Positions 25,558 to 34,681 of a stretch of 42,630 nucleotides of DNA are shown piece after piece. Position 1 is the stretch's first letter, and every line of letters starts with the position of its first letter. The notes beneath the pieces were generated by a model. It was not told where the DNA came from, searched no databases, and saw only the letters and a program-made list of their open reading frames with translations. This DNA comes from Gammaproteobacteria bacterium (GTDB lineage: Bacteria; Pseudomonadota; Gammaproteobacteria; Steroidobacterales; Steroidobacteraceae), in assembly GCA_019136105.1 (NCBI GenBank), contig JAGVUU010000297.1:1-42630 (forward strand), given 5' to 3'. The translations under genes and the position numbers were made by a program.

Positions 25558-26556
25558 ATGCATCGCTTCCTCGACCTCGCCGACTTCTCCCGCGACCAGG
25601 TGGCGGACCTGATCGACCTCGCGCGCCGCCTGCAGGAGCACCCGGAGCCGCATGCGCTCGCCGGCAAGATCCTCGGCCTGCTGTTCATGAACCCGTCGCT
25701 GCGCACGCTGTCCTCGTTCCAGGCTGGCATGATGCGGCTCGGCGGCACGTCGTTCGTGGTGACGCCCGGCCAGGGAACCTGGAACGTCGAGACTCGCGAC
25801 GGCACGGTGATGAACGGCGGCGCAGCCGAGCACGTGCGCGAAGCGATCCCGGTGCTCGCGTCGTACTGCGACGCGCTCGGCCTGCGCGCCTTCGCGGAGG
25901 GCAAGGATCTCGCGGCCGACCTCGCCGAGACGCCGTTCAACCTGATGGCGAACCTCTGCCCGAAGCCTTTCGTCAACCTCGAGTCCGCCGTGAACCACCC
26001 GTGCCAGGCGCTCGCGGACTGGAAGACGATGGACGACCTCCACGTGCCGCGCGCTGGCAAGTTCGTGCTGTCCTGGGTCTATCACCCGCGCGCACTGCCG
26101 CTCGCCGTGCCGGCGGCGGCACTGCACATGGCCGCGCAGCGCGGCATGGAAGTGGTGGTACTGCGTCCCGACGGTTACGCATTGCCCGAGCCCATCATGG
26201 CAAAGGCGCGCGCCGCTGCAACCGCGTCCGGCGGCACGGTCAGCGAAACGACCGATCGCGCGACCGCGCTCGCTGGTGCGCACGTGCTGTACGCAAAGGA
26301 ATGGGGCTCACCCGCCTGCTACGGCAACGCCGAGGCGGAAGCCGCGCTGCGCCAGCCGCTCGTCGACTGGCGCGTGCAGGAATCCTGGTTCGCCGGCGCG
26401 CGCCCGGATTGCCACTTCATGCACTGCCTGCCCGTGCGACGCAACGTCGCCGTGGCGGACGCGGTGCTCGACGGGCCGCGATCGCAGGTGATCCGCGAGG
26501 CTGCCAACCGCATGGTCGTGCAGATGGCCGTGCTCTACCGACTGCTCAAGGGGTAA
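25558..26556 (+). CDS. argF': N-acyl-L-ornithine carbamoyltransferase (AOTCase/SOTCase-type, ArgF')
   Basis: FMNPSLRT, WNVETRDGTVMNGGAAEHVREAIPVL (compare X. campestris AOTCase WPIEFNLGTVMDGDTEEHIAEVARVL from memory), HPCQALAD, VLSWVYHPR and HCLPVRRN. Confidence 0.85.
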   Translation: MHRFLDLADFSRDQVADLIDLARRLQEHPEPHALAGKILGLLFMNPSLRTLSSFQAGMMRLGGTSFVVTPGQGTWNVETRDGTVMNGGAAEHVREAIPVLASYCDALGLRAFAEGKDLAADLAETPFNLMANLCPKPFVNLESAVNHPCQALADWKTMDDLHVPRAGKFVLSWVYHPRALPLAVPAAALHMAAQRGMEVVVLRPDGYALPEPIMAKARAAATASGGTVSETTDRATALAGAHVLYAKEWGSPACYGNAEAEAALRQPLVDWRVQESWFAGARPDCHFMHCLPVRRNVAVADAVLDGPRSQVIREAANRMVVQMAVLYRLLKG

Positions 26557-26563
26557 GACGAAG

Positions 26564-27493
26564 ATGATCGGACACAAGGGCGAACAGGCCGTCACGGTTC
26601 GGGCGCTGCGCGGGGCGGCGCCCTACATCCACATGTACAAGGGCAAGGTCTTCGTCATCAAGACCGGCGGCGGCGCGTTCCGCGACGTCGCGACCATGCG
26701 CGCGTTCATGGAGCAGGTGGCGATCCTGCACCACCTCGGCATCCGCGTGGTCCTGGTGCACGGCGGTTGCCCGCAGCTCGACGACGTCACGCAGAAGATG
26801 GGCGTCGAGACTCGCATGGTGCAGGGCCGGCGCGTGACCGACGACGCCGCGATCGACACCACGGCCATGGTGCTGAACGGCCTGATCAACACCCGCCTGC
26901 TGGCACTGTGCCGCGAGTTCGGCATCGCCGCGATCGGCGTGAGCGGCGTGGACGGCGGCCTGGTCAGGGCGCACAAGCGCGCGCCCGTCACGCTCGCAAG
27001 CGGCGAGGTGGTGGACTACGGCATGGTCGGCGACATCGATGGCATCGACGCGTCGGTGATCACGCGCCTGCTCGACGCCGGCTTCCTGCCTGTAGTGAGT
27101 CCGTTGTCGGCCGACGCCTCGGGCCAGCTGCTCAACATCAACGCCGACACCGTGGCGGCTGCGATCGGCGGCGCAATGGATGCCGAGAAGCTGATTCTCT
27201 GCACCGGTGCGCCGGGCATCCTCGAGCGGCTCGACGATCCGCACTCGCTGATCTCCTACACCGACGTCGCCGGCCTGCGCCGCTTGCGCGAGGAAGGCGC
27301 GCTCTCGGACGGCATGCTGCCGAAGTCGAGCGCCATCGAGTCCGCCATCCGCGGCGGCGTACGGCGCGTGCACGTGATCTCTTACGCCGCTCCGGACGCG
27401 CTGCTCGCCGAGATCTTCACCAACGAAGGCACCGGCACGCTGGTCGTCGCCGACACCAAGGCGCTGAGCGCGGCGGAACAGGGGGCCAAGTGA
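26564..27493 (+). CDS. argB: Acetylglutamate kinase (kinase domain only, 309 aa)
   Basis: VIKTGGGA, VLVHGG and LLNINADTVAAAI amino-acid-kinase motifs. No C-terminal GNAT extension. Confidence 0.9.
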   Translation: MIGHKGEQAVTVRALRGAAPYIHMYKGKVFVIKTGGGAFRDVATMRAFMEQVAILHHLGIRVVLVHGGCPQLDDVTQKMGVETRMVQGRRVTDDAAIDTTAMVLNGLINTRLLALCREFGIAAIGVSGVDGGLVRAHKRAPVTLASGEVVDYGMVGDIDGIDASVITRLLDAGFLPVVSPLSADASGQLLNINADTVAAAIGGAMDAEKLILCTGAPGILERLDDPHSLISYTDVAGLRRLREEGALSDGMLPKSSAIESAIRGGVRRVHVISYAAPDALLAEIFTNEGTGTLVVADTKALSAAEQGAK

Positions 27494-28677
27494 CACGACT
27501 TTGGGACAAGGGTGCCCCGCTCGACGAGCGCGTGCTGCGCTACACCGCCGGCGAGGACCACGCGCTCGACAACCGGCTGGTGGCCTACGACGTGCGCGCC
27601 TCGATCGCGCACGCCGAGATGCTGCACGACGCGGGCCTGGTGAGCGACGCCGACCTCGAGGCGATCCGCAACGGCCTGAACGAGATCGCCGCTGAACACG
27701 CTCGCGGCGAGTGGTCGGTGACGCTCGACCTCGAGGACGGCCAGACCGCGCTCGAGACATTGCTCACCAAGAAGACCGGTGCCGCGGGCGCACGCCTGCA
27801 TGCCGGCCGTTCGCGCAACGACCAGGTGCTGACCGCGTTGCGCCTGTACCTGCGCGACGCCGTCGAGGAACTGGTCGAGGGCGCCCACCACGTGGCCGAG
27901 GCGCTCGAAGGCCTGGCGAAGGAACAGGGCGCGATCGAGCTGCCCGGCTACACGCACATGCAGCAGGCGATGCCGAGCTCGGTGGCGCTGTGGGCGCGTG
28001 GCTTCGCCGCAGAGATCGTGGACGACGCCGACGGCCTGCGGCATGCATTCCGCCGCATCCTCAAGAATCCGCTCGGGAGCGCAGCCGGCTACGGCACGCC
28101 GAACCTGCCGGTGAACCGCGACGGCACGCGACGGCGGCTCGACTTCCCGCAGAACCACGAGCCGGTGACGGCCGTCCAGCTGTCGCGCGGCAAGGCCGAG
28201 GCGGAAGTGCTGTTCCAGGTGGCGATCCTGATGCAGGACCTCGGCCGCCTCGCCTCCGACCTGCTGCTCTTCTACACGCGCGAGTTCGGGTTCGTCGACC
28301 TGCCGGACGCCTTCACGACCGGTTCGTCGATCATGCCGCAGAAGCGCAACCCCGACGTGTTCGAACTCGTGCGCGGCCGCACGGCGACGGCGCAGGCCTG
28401 CCTCACGGAGGTGCTCGGCATCACCGCCAAGCTGCCGTCGGGCTACCAGCGCGACCTGCAGCTGATCAAGGCGCCGCTGTTCCGCTCGATCGACCTCTGC
28501 GGCGACTCGCTTGCGATCATGGCGGCCGCGATCCCGCAGTTGCGCTTCCGGCCGGAACGGATCCGCATGGACGCCGACATCCACGCGGCCGCCGAGGCGA
28601 ACGCCCTGGTGGCGAAGGAAGGCATCCCGTTCCGCGAGGCATACCGGCGCGTGGGGCAAAAATTGCGCGAGGACTGA
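27490..28677 (+). CDS. argH: Argininosuccinate lyase
   Basis: The GTG overlaps the argB stop (GTGA). GRSRNDQV and GSSIMPQKRNPD signature motifs. Confidence 0.9.
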   Translation: MTRLWDKGAPLDERVLRYTAGEDHALDNRLVAYDVRASIAHAEMLHDAGLVSDADLEAIRNGLNEIAAEHARGEWSVTLDLEDGQTALETLLTKKTGAAGARLHAGRSRNDQVLTALRLYLRDAVEELVEGAHHVAEALEGLAKEQGAIELPGYTHMQQAMPSSVALWARGFAAEIVDDADGLRHAFRRILKNPLGSAAGYGTPNLPVNRDGTRRRLDFPQNHEPVTAVQLSRGKAEAEVLFQVAILMQDLGRLASDLLLFYTREFGFVDLPDAFTTGSSIMPQKRNPDVFELVRGRTATAQACLTEVLGITAKLPSGYQRDLQLIKAPLFRSIDLCGDSLAIMAAAIPQLRFRPERIRMDADIHAAAEANALVAKEGIPFREAYRRVGQKLRED

Positions 28678-28690
28678 TACGATCGCCGGC

Positions 28691-30037
28691 ATGAAAGCGC
28701 CGCTGATCCACCTGTTCGCCCTCGCCGCCCTCGCCGCCCTCGCCCTGCCGGCCGCAGCCGCGGGGCGGGATTTCTCCCGCCTCGACAAGGACCTCACGCC
28801 CATCGGCGCCGAGCGCGCCGGCAATGCGGATGGCAGCATCCCCGCCTGGGACGGCGGCCTCACGCGGCCGCCCGCCGGTTGGAACCCGCAGCAGGGTTAC
28901 GTCGATCCGTTCGCCGACGACAAGCTGCTCTTCACGATCACGGCGGCGAATGCGGCCCAGCATGCGGACAAGCTGTCCACCGGCATGCAGGCGCTGCTCA
29001 AGAAGTACCCGCAGCACTTCCGCATGAACGTCTACCCGACGCGGCGCACGGCGGCGCTGCCGAGGGAAGTGACGGATCACGTGCGCGAGCAGGCGCCGAA
29101 GGTGGAGCTGAACGGTTTCGGCCTGAGGAACCTCGGCGGCTCGACCACGCCGTTCCCGATCCCGCAAAGCGGGCTCGAGGCGATCTGGAACCATCTCGTG
29201 CGTTACGTCGGCGGCGGCACCACGCGCGTCGGCCACTCGTTCCCGGTGCGTGCCAACGGCGACTACTACAAGATCGGATTCCGCTCGTCGCGCATCTACG
29301 CGCAGAACATGGCTGATGCCGAGCCGAACCGCCTGTTCTACGCGCTCGGCTACTTCACCGAGCCCGCGACGCTGCGCGGCACGATCTTCCTGGTGCACGA
29401 GCCGGTGGACCAGGTGGCCGAGCAGCGCTCGGCGTGGATCTACAACGCCGGCCAGCGGCGCGTGCGGCGCGCGCCCGACCTCGCCTACGACGGCATCAAC
29501 GACGGCTCCGAGGGCATGATCGTCACCGACCAGGTGGACGGCTACAACGGCGCGCCCGACCGCTTCGAGTGGAAGCTCGTCGGCAAGCGCGAGATGTACG
29601 TCCCGTACAACACCTACAAGGTGGGCGACAAGTCGCTCAAGTACAAGGACATCGTGGGCAAGCACACGCTCAACGCCGACCTCGTGCGCTACGAACTGCA
29701 CCGCGTGTGGGTGGTGGAAGGCACGCTCAAGGCGGGCCAGCGCCACGTCTACGGCAAGCGCACGTTCTACCTCGACGAGGACAGCTGGAGCGTCGTGTCG
29801 GAAGACGCCTACGACAACCGCGGCGGCCTGTGGCGGGTGTCACTGCTCGGCATGGTGCAGTACTACGACGCCGTGGTGCCGTGGTACCGCTTCGGCGTGG
29901 TGCACGACCTCACCACCGGCGGCTACATCGCCGGCGGCCTCGACAACGAGATCAAGGAACCGATCCAGTTCGGCGTGAAAGGCCGGCTGATGGATTTCCA
30001 GCCGGATGCGCTGCGACGGCTGGGAGGAACTCTCTAA
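28691..30037 (+). CDS. DUF1329 domain protein (LolA-like, secreted)
   Basis: Signal peptide MKAPLIHLFALAALAALALPAAAAG. GSIPAWDGGL, WNHLVRY and YELHRVWVVE are motifs I associate with DUF1329. Confidence 0.7.
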   Translation: MKAPLIHLFALAALAALALPAAAAGRDFSRLDKDLTPIGAERAGNADGSIPAWDGGLTRPPAGWNPQQGYVDPFADDKLLFTITAANAAQHADKLSTGMQALLKKYPQHFRMNVYPTRRTAALPREVTDHVREQAPKVELNGFGLRNLGGSTTPFPIPQSGLEAIWNHLVRYVGGGTTRVGHSFPVRANGDYYKIGFRSSRIYAQNMADAEPNRLFYALGYFTEPATLRGTIFLVHEPVDQVAEQRSAWIYNAGQRRVRRAPDLAYDGINDGSEGMIVTDQVDGYNGAPDRFEWKLVGKREMYVPYNTYKVGDKSLKYKDIVGKHTLNADLVRYELHRVWVVEGTLKAGQRHVYGKRTFYLDEDSWSVVSEDAYDNRGGLWRVSLLGMVQYYDAVVPWYRFGVVHDLTTGGYIAGGLDNEIKEPIQFGVKGRLMDFQPDALRRLGGTL

Positions 30038-30312
30038 TCCAGTCCTAGCGCGAAGCCCGCCTCGAGATCCTGCTTCGAATAGACCTTGAACGCGATCAGG
30101 GTCTCGGAGCTCGTGATGCCGCGCAGCTTGCGCATCTTGTCGCTGATCACGCGGGCGAGGTCCTCGTTCTCGCGCACGCGCACCAGCGCGACGAGGTCGT
30201 ACTGGCCGGCCACCGAGAACACCTCGCTCACGCCCTCCAGCTCGGCGAGCTTCTCGGCGAGGCCCGTGACCTGGTCGGTTTCAGCCTTGATCAGTACGAC
30301 AGCCGTGACCAT
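30034..30312 (-). CDS. Stand-alone Lrp/AsnC ligand-binding (RAM) domain protein
   Basis: 92 aa with the pattern VTAVVLIKAE...V.EVFSVAGQYDLVALVRV...L, and no helix-turn-helix. Confidence 0.7.
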   Translation of the reverse strand: MVTAVVLIKAETDQVTGLAEKLAELEGVSEVFSVAGQYDLVALVRVRENEDLARVISDKMRKLRGITSSETLIAFKVYSKQDLEAGFALGLD

Positions 30313-30324
30313 GCGATGGACTCC

Positions 30325-30975
30325 TTACTCAGCGTCGGGTTGGGCTTCCGGTCGCGCGGCGGCGAACGCCGGAACCGATTCGAGATGCTGCACCACTGCG
30401 GCCAGCCGCGGATAGGGCGACAGGTCGAGCTGCGCGCGCCGCGCGTTGTACACCTGGGGCACGAGAAACACGTCGGCCAGGGTCACCGACGAACCGTAGC
30501 AGTGCCGCCCATCGCCGGTATGACGGGCGATCAATCGCTCGAAGGCAACGAAGCCGCGGTCGATCCAGTGGCGGGTCCAGCGCGACACGGTCGCGTCGTC
30601 CTGTCCGAGCTCGCCGCGCAGGTACTGCTGCACGCGCAGGTTGTTGAGCGGATGGACATCGCAGGCGATCGCCAGCGCCATGGCCCGCACGGCAGCGCGT
30701 CCGAGCGGGTCGGCGGGCAGCAGCGGCGGCAACGGGTGGGTCTCTTCGAGGTACTCGCAGATCGCGAGCGACTGCGTCACCACGTGACCGTCGTGCTCGA
30801 GTGCCGGCACGAGACCTTGCGGGTTGAGTTCGAGGTACTCCGGGCGGCGCTGCTCGCCGCCGTCACGCAGCAGGTGGCGCGGCACTGCCTCGTACTGCAG
30901 TCCCTTCACCGCAAGCGCGATGCGCACGCGGTACGCCGCCGAGCTGCGCCAATAGGTGTAGAGCCTCAGCGCCAT
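30325..30975 (-). CDS. maiA: Maleylacetoacetate/maleylpyruvate isomerase (zeta-class GST)
   Basis: The internal ATG at 30975 gives MALRLYTYWRSSAAYRVRIALAVKGL...LNPQGLVPAL...QSLAICEYLEE, with the SSxxxRxRIAL zeta-GST motif. Confidence 0.85.
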   Translation of the reverse strand: MALRLYTYWRSSAAYRVRIALAVKGLQYEAVPRHLLRDGGEQRRPEYLELNPQGLVPALEHDGHVVTQSLAICEYLEETHPLPPLLPADPLGRAAVRAMALAIACDVHPLNNLRVQQYLRGELGQDDATVSRWTRHWIDRGFVAFERLIARHTGDGRHCYGSSVTLADVFLVPQVYNARRAQLDLSPYPRLAAVVQHLESVPAFAAARPEAQPDAE

Positions 30976-31001
30976 GTTCCTCCCCCGCCGCCTGCTGCCG
31001 C

Positions 31002-31688
31002 TCAGACGATCGTGATGCGCAGGGTCTCGAGCCCGTCGATGCCGCCGACGAGGCTGTCGCCGCGCGTCACCGGGCCCACGCCCTCGGGGGTACCGGTGAA
31101 GATCAGGTCGCCCGGGCGCAGCTCGAAATAGGTCGAGAGCTCGGCCACGATCTCCGGCACGCTCCAGATCATCTCGGACAGGTTCGCGCGCTGCCGGGGC
31201 TCGCCGTTCACTTCGAGCCAGATCGCGCCTTGCTCGAGATGCCCCATCTCGGCCGCCGGGCGGATGGCGCTCACCGGTGCCGAATGATCGAAGCCCTTGG
31301 CCACGTCCCATGGACGACCCTGGTCGCGCGCGGCGAATTGCTGGTCACGCCGCGTCAGGTCGAGGCCGACTGCGTAGCCGTACACGTGAGCCAGTGCACT
31401 GTCGAGCGGGATGTCGCTGCCGCCCGTGCCGATCGCCACCACCAGTTCGAGCTCGTGGTGCAGGTTCGACGTGCGCGGCGGGTACGGCACGGGCGTGCCG
31501 TTCGCCACGACGGCGTCCGCGGGCTTCGAGAAGAAGAACGGCGGCTCGCGATCCGGGTCCATGCCCATCTCGCGCGCGTGCTTGGCGTAGTTGCGGCCGA
31601 CGCAGTAGATGCGATGCACCGGGAAGCGCTCGCCGGAACCGGCGATCTCCACCGACGGCTGCGGGCTCGGGGGAATGACGAAGCTCAT
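31002..31688 (-). CDS. Fumarylacetoacetate hydrolase family protein (short, fumarylpyruvate hydrolase-like)
   Basis: [28 protein letters not shown] and [13 protein letters not shown] motifs. Confidence 0.85.
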   Translation of the reverse strand: MSFVIPPSPQPSVEIAGSGERFPVHRIYCVGRNYAKHAREMGMDPDREPPFFFSKPADAVVANGTPVPYPPRTSNLHHELELVVAIGTGGSDIPLDSALAHVYGYAVGLDLTRRDQQFAARDQGRPWDVAKGFDHSAPVSAIRPAAEMGHLEQGAIWLEVNGEPRQRANLSEMIWSVPEIVAELSTYFELRPGDLIFTGTPEGVGPVTRGDSLVGGIDGLETLRITIV

Positions 31689-31709
31689 GATGGCCTCCTG
31701 GCCGCGCGC

Positions 31710-32285
31710 TCAGTCGCAGCGGCCCAATGCGGGCAGGAACACTTCCTGCACGAGTATCGGCCAGTCGCCGAGGCGGTACACGGCGCGGCGCGCCCACAAC
31801 GAACCCGTGGACGCATCGGCGCCGGCTGCCCGGGCCAGCGGATGACGGCCGTGCAACTCGAGGTACTCGAGGGGCTCGCGCCGCACGTCCTCGACCGCGC
31901 TCAGCGACTCGCCGAGCGCCCGGTCACCGAGCTCGCGCAGCCACGGATGGTGCTTGACGCTCGATTGCGGCAGCACGGTCTGGGCGAAGATCCAGCGGCG
32001 CGCCCCGCAGGTGAACTCGATCTCTCGCAGCAGGCAGGTGGCATCGTCGACGCCGAGCCGCCGTGCAATGTGCGGATCGAGCGGCGCCGGATCGAGGCGC
32101 AGCATGTGCAGCCGCGCCGTCGGCCCACATGCCGCGCGTACGCGCGCGGTGAGCAGCCCGGGCTCCGCAAGCCACGGCTCGAGCGCAGCCGGCACGCGGT
32201 CGCGGCACTCCGCAAAAGGCAGCCACGCTTCGGCGCCGGCCGGGGCGTGGACCGGCGCGACGGCGTCGAGCAATGGCTGCGCCAT
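31710..32285 (-). CDS. ubiC: Chorismate--pyruvate lyase
   Basis: 191 aa. WLAEPGLLTARV, LLREIEF and WIFAQTVLP compare with UbiC (LLREI/VxL...A.S) from memory. Confidence 0.7.
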   Translation of the reverse strand: MAQPLLDAVAPVHAPAGAEAWLPFAECRDRVPAALEPWLAEPGLLTARVRAACGPTARLHMLRLDPAPLDPHIARRLGVDDATCLLREIEFTCGARRWIFAQTVLPQSSVKHHPWLRELGDRALGESLSAVEDVRREPLEYLELHGRHPLARAAGADASTGSLWARRAVYRLGDWPILVQEVFLPALGRCD

Positions 32286-32300
32286 GGCGGTGCAGCCCGC

Positions 32301-34085
32301 TCAGAAGTGCTCGGCGGCGAGCGCCATCTTCGACGCGCTGCCGGCCTGTACTGCGGCTGCATACGCCGTGCAGCGCGGCAGCACGTGCTCGGCGTAGAAC
32401 TTCGCCATCACGACCTGCGCCTGAAGGAACGGCTTGTCCTCGGCACCGGCGTTGAGTTCGTCGAGCGCTGCCAGTGCACCGCGCGCGAGCTGCCAGCCGC
32501 CGATCACCGTGCCGAGCAGCATCATGTAGTCGAACGCCGCGGCGCCGGCGAGCTCGGGATCCTTGCGCTCGGCGGTGAGCAGGTACGTGGAGCACTGCAC
32601 CAGCTCGTCGAGGCCGCGCGCGAGCGCCTTGCGCACGACGGCGAACTCGTCACCCGCGTTGGCGAGCGGCGCATCGACGCTGCGCATGTCGGTGACGAAC
32701 GCCGACACGGTGGCACCGCCGTCGCGCAGCACCTTGCGGCCGACGAGGTCGATCGCCTGGATGCCGTTCGTGCCTTCGTAGATCGAGGCGATGCGCGCGT
32801 CGCGATAGAACTGCGCGACGCCGGTCTCCTCGACGTAACCCATGCCGCCGTGGACCTGGATGCCGAGCGAGGTTGCTTCCTGCGCGGCCTCGGTGCACCA
32901 GGCCTTGGCGATCGGCGTCATCAGGTCGGCACGTGCCTGCCACACGGCGACCTGCTCGGCGTCGGTGCCGTGGGCGGAACGGTCGAGGCACGATGCGGTG
33001 TAGTAGCAGATCGCGCGCGAGGCTTGAGTGAGCGAGCGCATCAGGAGCAGCATCCGGCGCACGTCGGGGTGGCGGATGATTGTGACGCGGCCCTTCTCGC
33101 CCGGCGCGCGGCCCTGCACGCGCTCGCGCGCGTACGCGACCGACTTCTGGTACGAGCGCTCGGCGAGTCCGACGCCCTGCGCACCGACGCCGAGACGCAT
33201 GTAGTTCATCATCGTGAACATCGCGGCCAGGCCTTCGTTCGGCTTGCCGACCATGTAGCCGACGGAACCGCCCTTGCCGCCGAACGCGAGCACGCAGGTC
33301 GGGCTCGCGTGGATGCCCATCTTGTGCTCGACCGACACCGGGATCACGTCGTTGAACTCGCCCGGCGTGCCGTCGGCATTGAGCTTGTATTTCGGCACCA
33401 CGAACAGCGAGATGCCCTTCGTGCCCGGAGGCGCGTCCGGCAGCCGCGCCAGCACGAGGTGGACGAGGTTCCCGGCCATGGGGTGGTCGCCCCAGGTGAT
33501 GTAGATCTTGGTGCCGCTGATCAGGTAGTGGTCGCCGTTCGGCTCGGCCTTGGTGGTGAGCGACGACAGGTCGGAGCCCGCCGCCGGCTCGGTGAGGCAC
33601 ATGGTGCCCGACCACTGCCCGCTCACGAGCTTCTCGAGATAGGTCTGCTTGAGTTCATCCGTCGCGTGGCGGTCCATCGAGAGGATCGCGCCCTGGGTCA
33701 GCTCGGGGCACAGCGCGAACGCCACGTTGGCGGCCGCCCACATCTCGTCGCACGCGAGCGCCACGGTCTTCGGGAAACCCTGTCCGCCGAACTCGGGGTT
33801 CGACGCGATGCCCGGCCAGCCGGCCTCGCAGAACTGCTTGTAGGCGGTGGCGAACTCCTGCGGCACCTGCACGGCATCGTTCACCACCTTCACGCCCTGC
33901 CGGTCGCCCAGCCAGTTGATCGGCGCGAGCACGCTGCCGGCGAACTTGGCGGCTTCCTCGAGCACGGCCTGCGTCGTGTCGCCGTCCACGGACGAAAAGT
34001 CGGGCAACGCGGCCACCGCCTTGAAGTCGGCGAGGTGCTCGATGGTGAAACGCATCTGCCGGACTGGCGCCTGGTAATCGGTCAT
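32301..34085 (-). CDS. Long-type acyl-CoA dehydrogenase with C-terminal helical extension
   Basis: The internal ATG at 34085 gives MTDYQAPVRQMRF. MCLTEPAAGSDL, ITWGDH and IYEGTNGIQAIDL motifs. 594 aa. Confidence 0.9.
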   Translation of the reverse strand: MTDYQAPVRQMRFTIEHLADFKAVAALPDFSSVDGDTTQAVLEEAAKFAGSVLAPINWLGDRQGVKVVNDAVQVPQEFATAYKQFCEAGWPGIASNPEFGGQGFPKTVALACDEMWAAANVAFALCPELTQGAILSMDRHATDELKQTYLEKLVSGQWSGTMCLTEPAAGSDLSSLTTKAEPNGDHYLISGTKIYITWGDHPMAGNLVHLVLARLPDAPPGTKGISLFVVPKYKLNADGTPGEFNDVIPVSVEHKMGIHASPTCVLAFGGKGGSVGYMVGKPNEGLAAMFTMMNYMRLGVGAQGVGLAERSYQKSVAYARERVQGRAPGEKGRVTIIRHPDVRRMLLLMRSLTQASRAICYYTASCLDRSAHGTDAEQVAVWQARADLMTPIAKAWCTEAAQEATSLGIQVHGGMGYVEETGVAQFYRDARIASIYEGTNGIQAIDLVGRKVLRDGGATVSAFVTDMRSVDAPLANAGDEFAVVRKALARGLDELVQCSTYLLTAERKDPELAGAAAFDYMMLLGTVIGGWQLARGALAALDELNAGAEDKPFLQAQVVMAKFYAEHVLPRCTAYAAAVQAGSASKMALAAEHF

Positions 34086-34225
34086 GGGACGGCTCCGTTG
34101 GGGGTCTTTTGCTCTGCAACAATTGTGCCTTCTCGGGCCCTGCGGCGCCATGCGTGTACAGCCCAACCGCACCGGCTGCAGAGCCCCGGAGGGTACAATC
34201 GCGGACCCCACCCCCGAGACCCGCA

Positions 34226-34681
34226 ATGAGCATCTGGTTCCGACCATACACCCTGGAAGAACTCGACGGCTTGTCGAAGGACAGCATGGTCGAGTACCTC
34301 GACATCCGCTTCACGGAAATCGGGCCCGACTACATTCGCGCCACGATGCCCGCGGACAAGCGGACCTGGCAGCCTTACGGGCTGCTGCACGGCGGCGCCT
34401 CAGTGACGCTGGCCGAGACGCTCGGCAGCACGGGCGCCAACTGCGTGGTCGACACCACCCGGTACTACTGCGTCGGCCAGGAAATCAACGCCAATCACCT
34501 GCGTGCGGTCCGCAGCGGCCGCGTCACGGCCACTGCCCGCCCGGTCCATATCGGCGCACGGTCCCAGGTGTGGGAAATCCGCATCGAGGACGACAAGGGT
34601 AAGCTCGCCTGCATTTCGCGCCTCACCCTGGCGGTGGTCGAAGGCGCGCCGCCGCCGGTGGTCGGGAGCACGAAGCCGTGA
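34226..34681 (+). CDS. PaaI/YbdB-type hotdog-fold thioesterase
   Basis: QPYGLLHGGASVTLAETLGS and HIGARSQVWEIRI motifs. Confidence 0.8.
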   Translation: MSIWFRPYTLEELDGLSKDSMVEYLDIRFTEIGPDYIRATMPADKRTWQPYGLLHGGASVTLAETLGSTGANCVVDTTRYYCVGQEINANHLRAVRSGRVTATARPVHIGARSQVWEIRIEDDKGKLACISRLTLAVVEGAPPPVVGSTKP

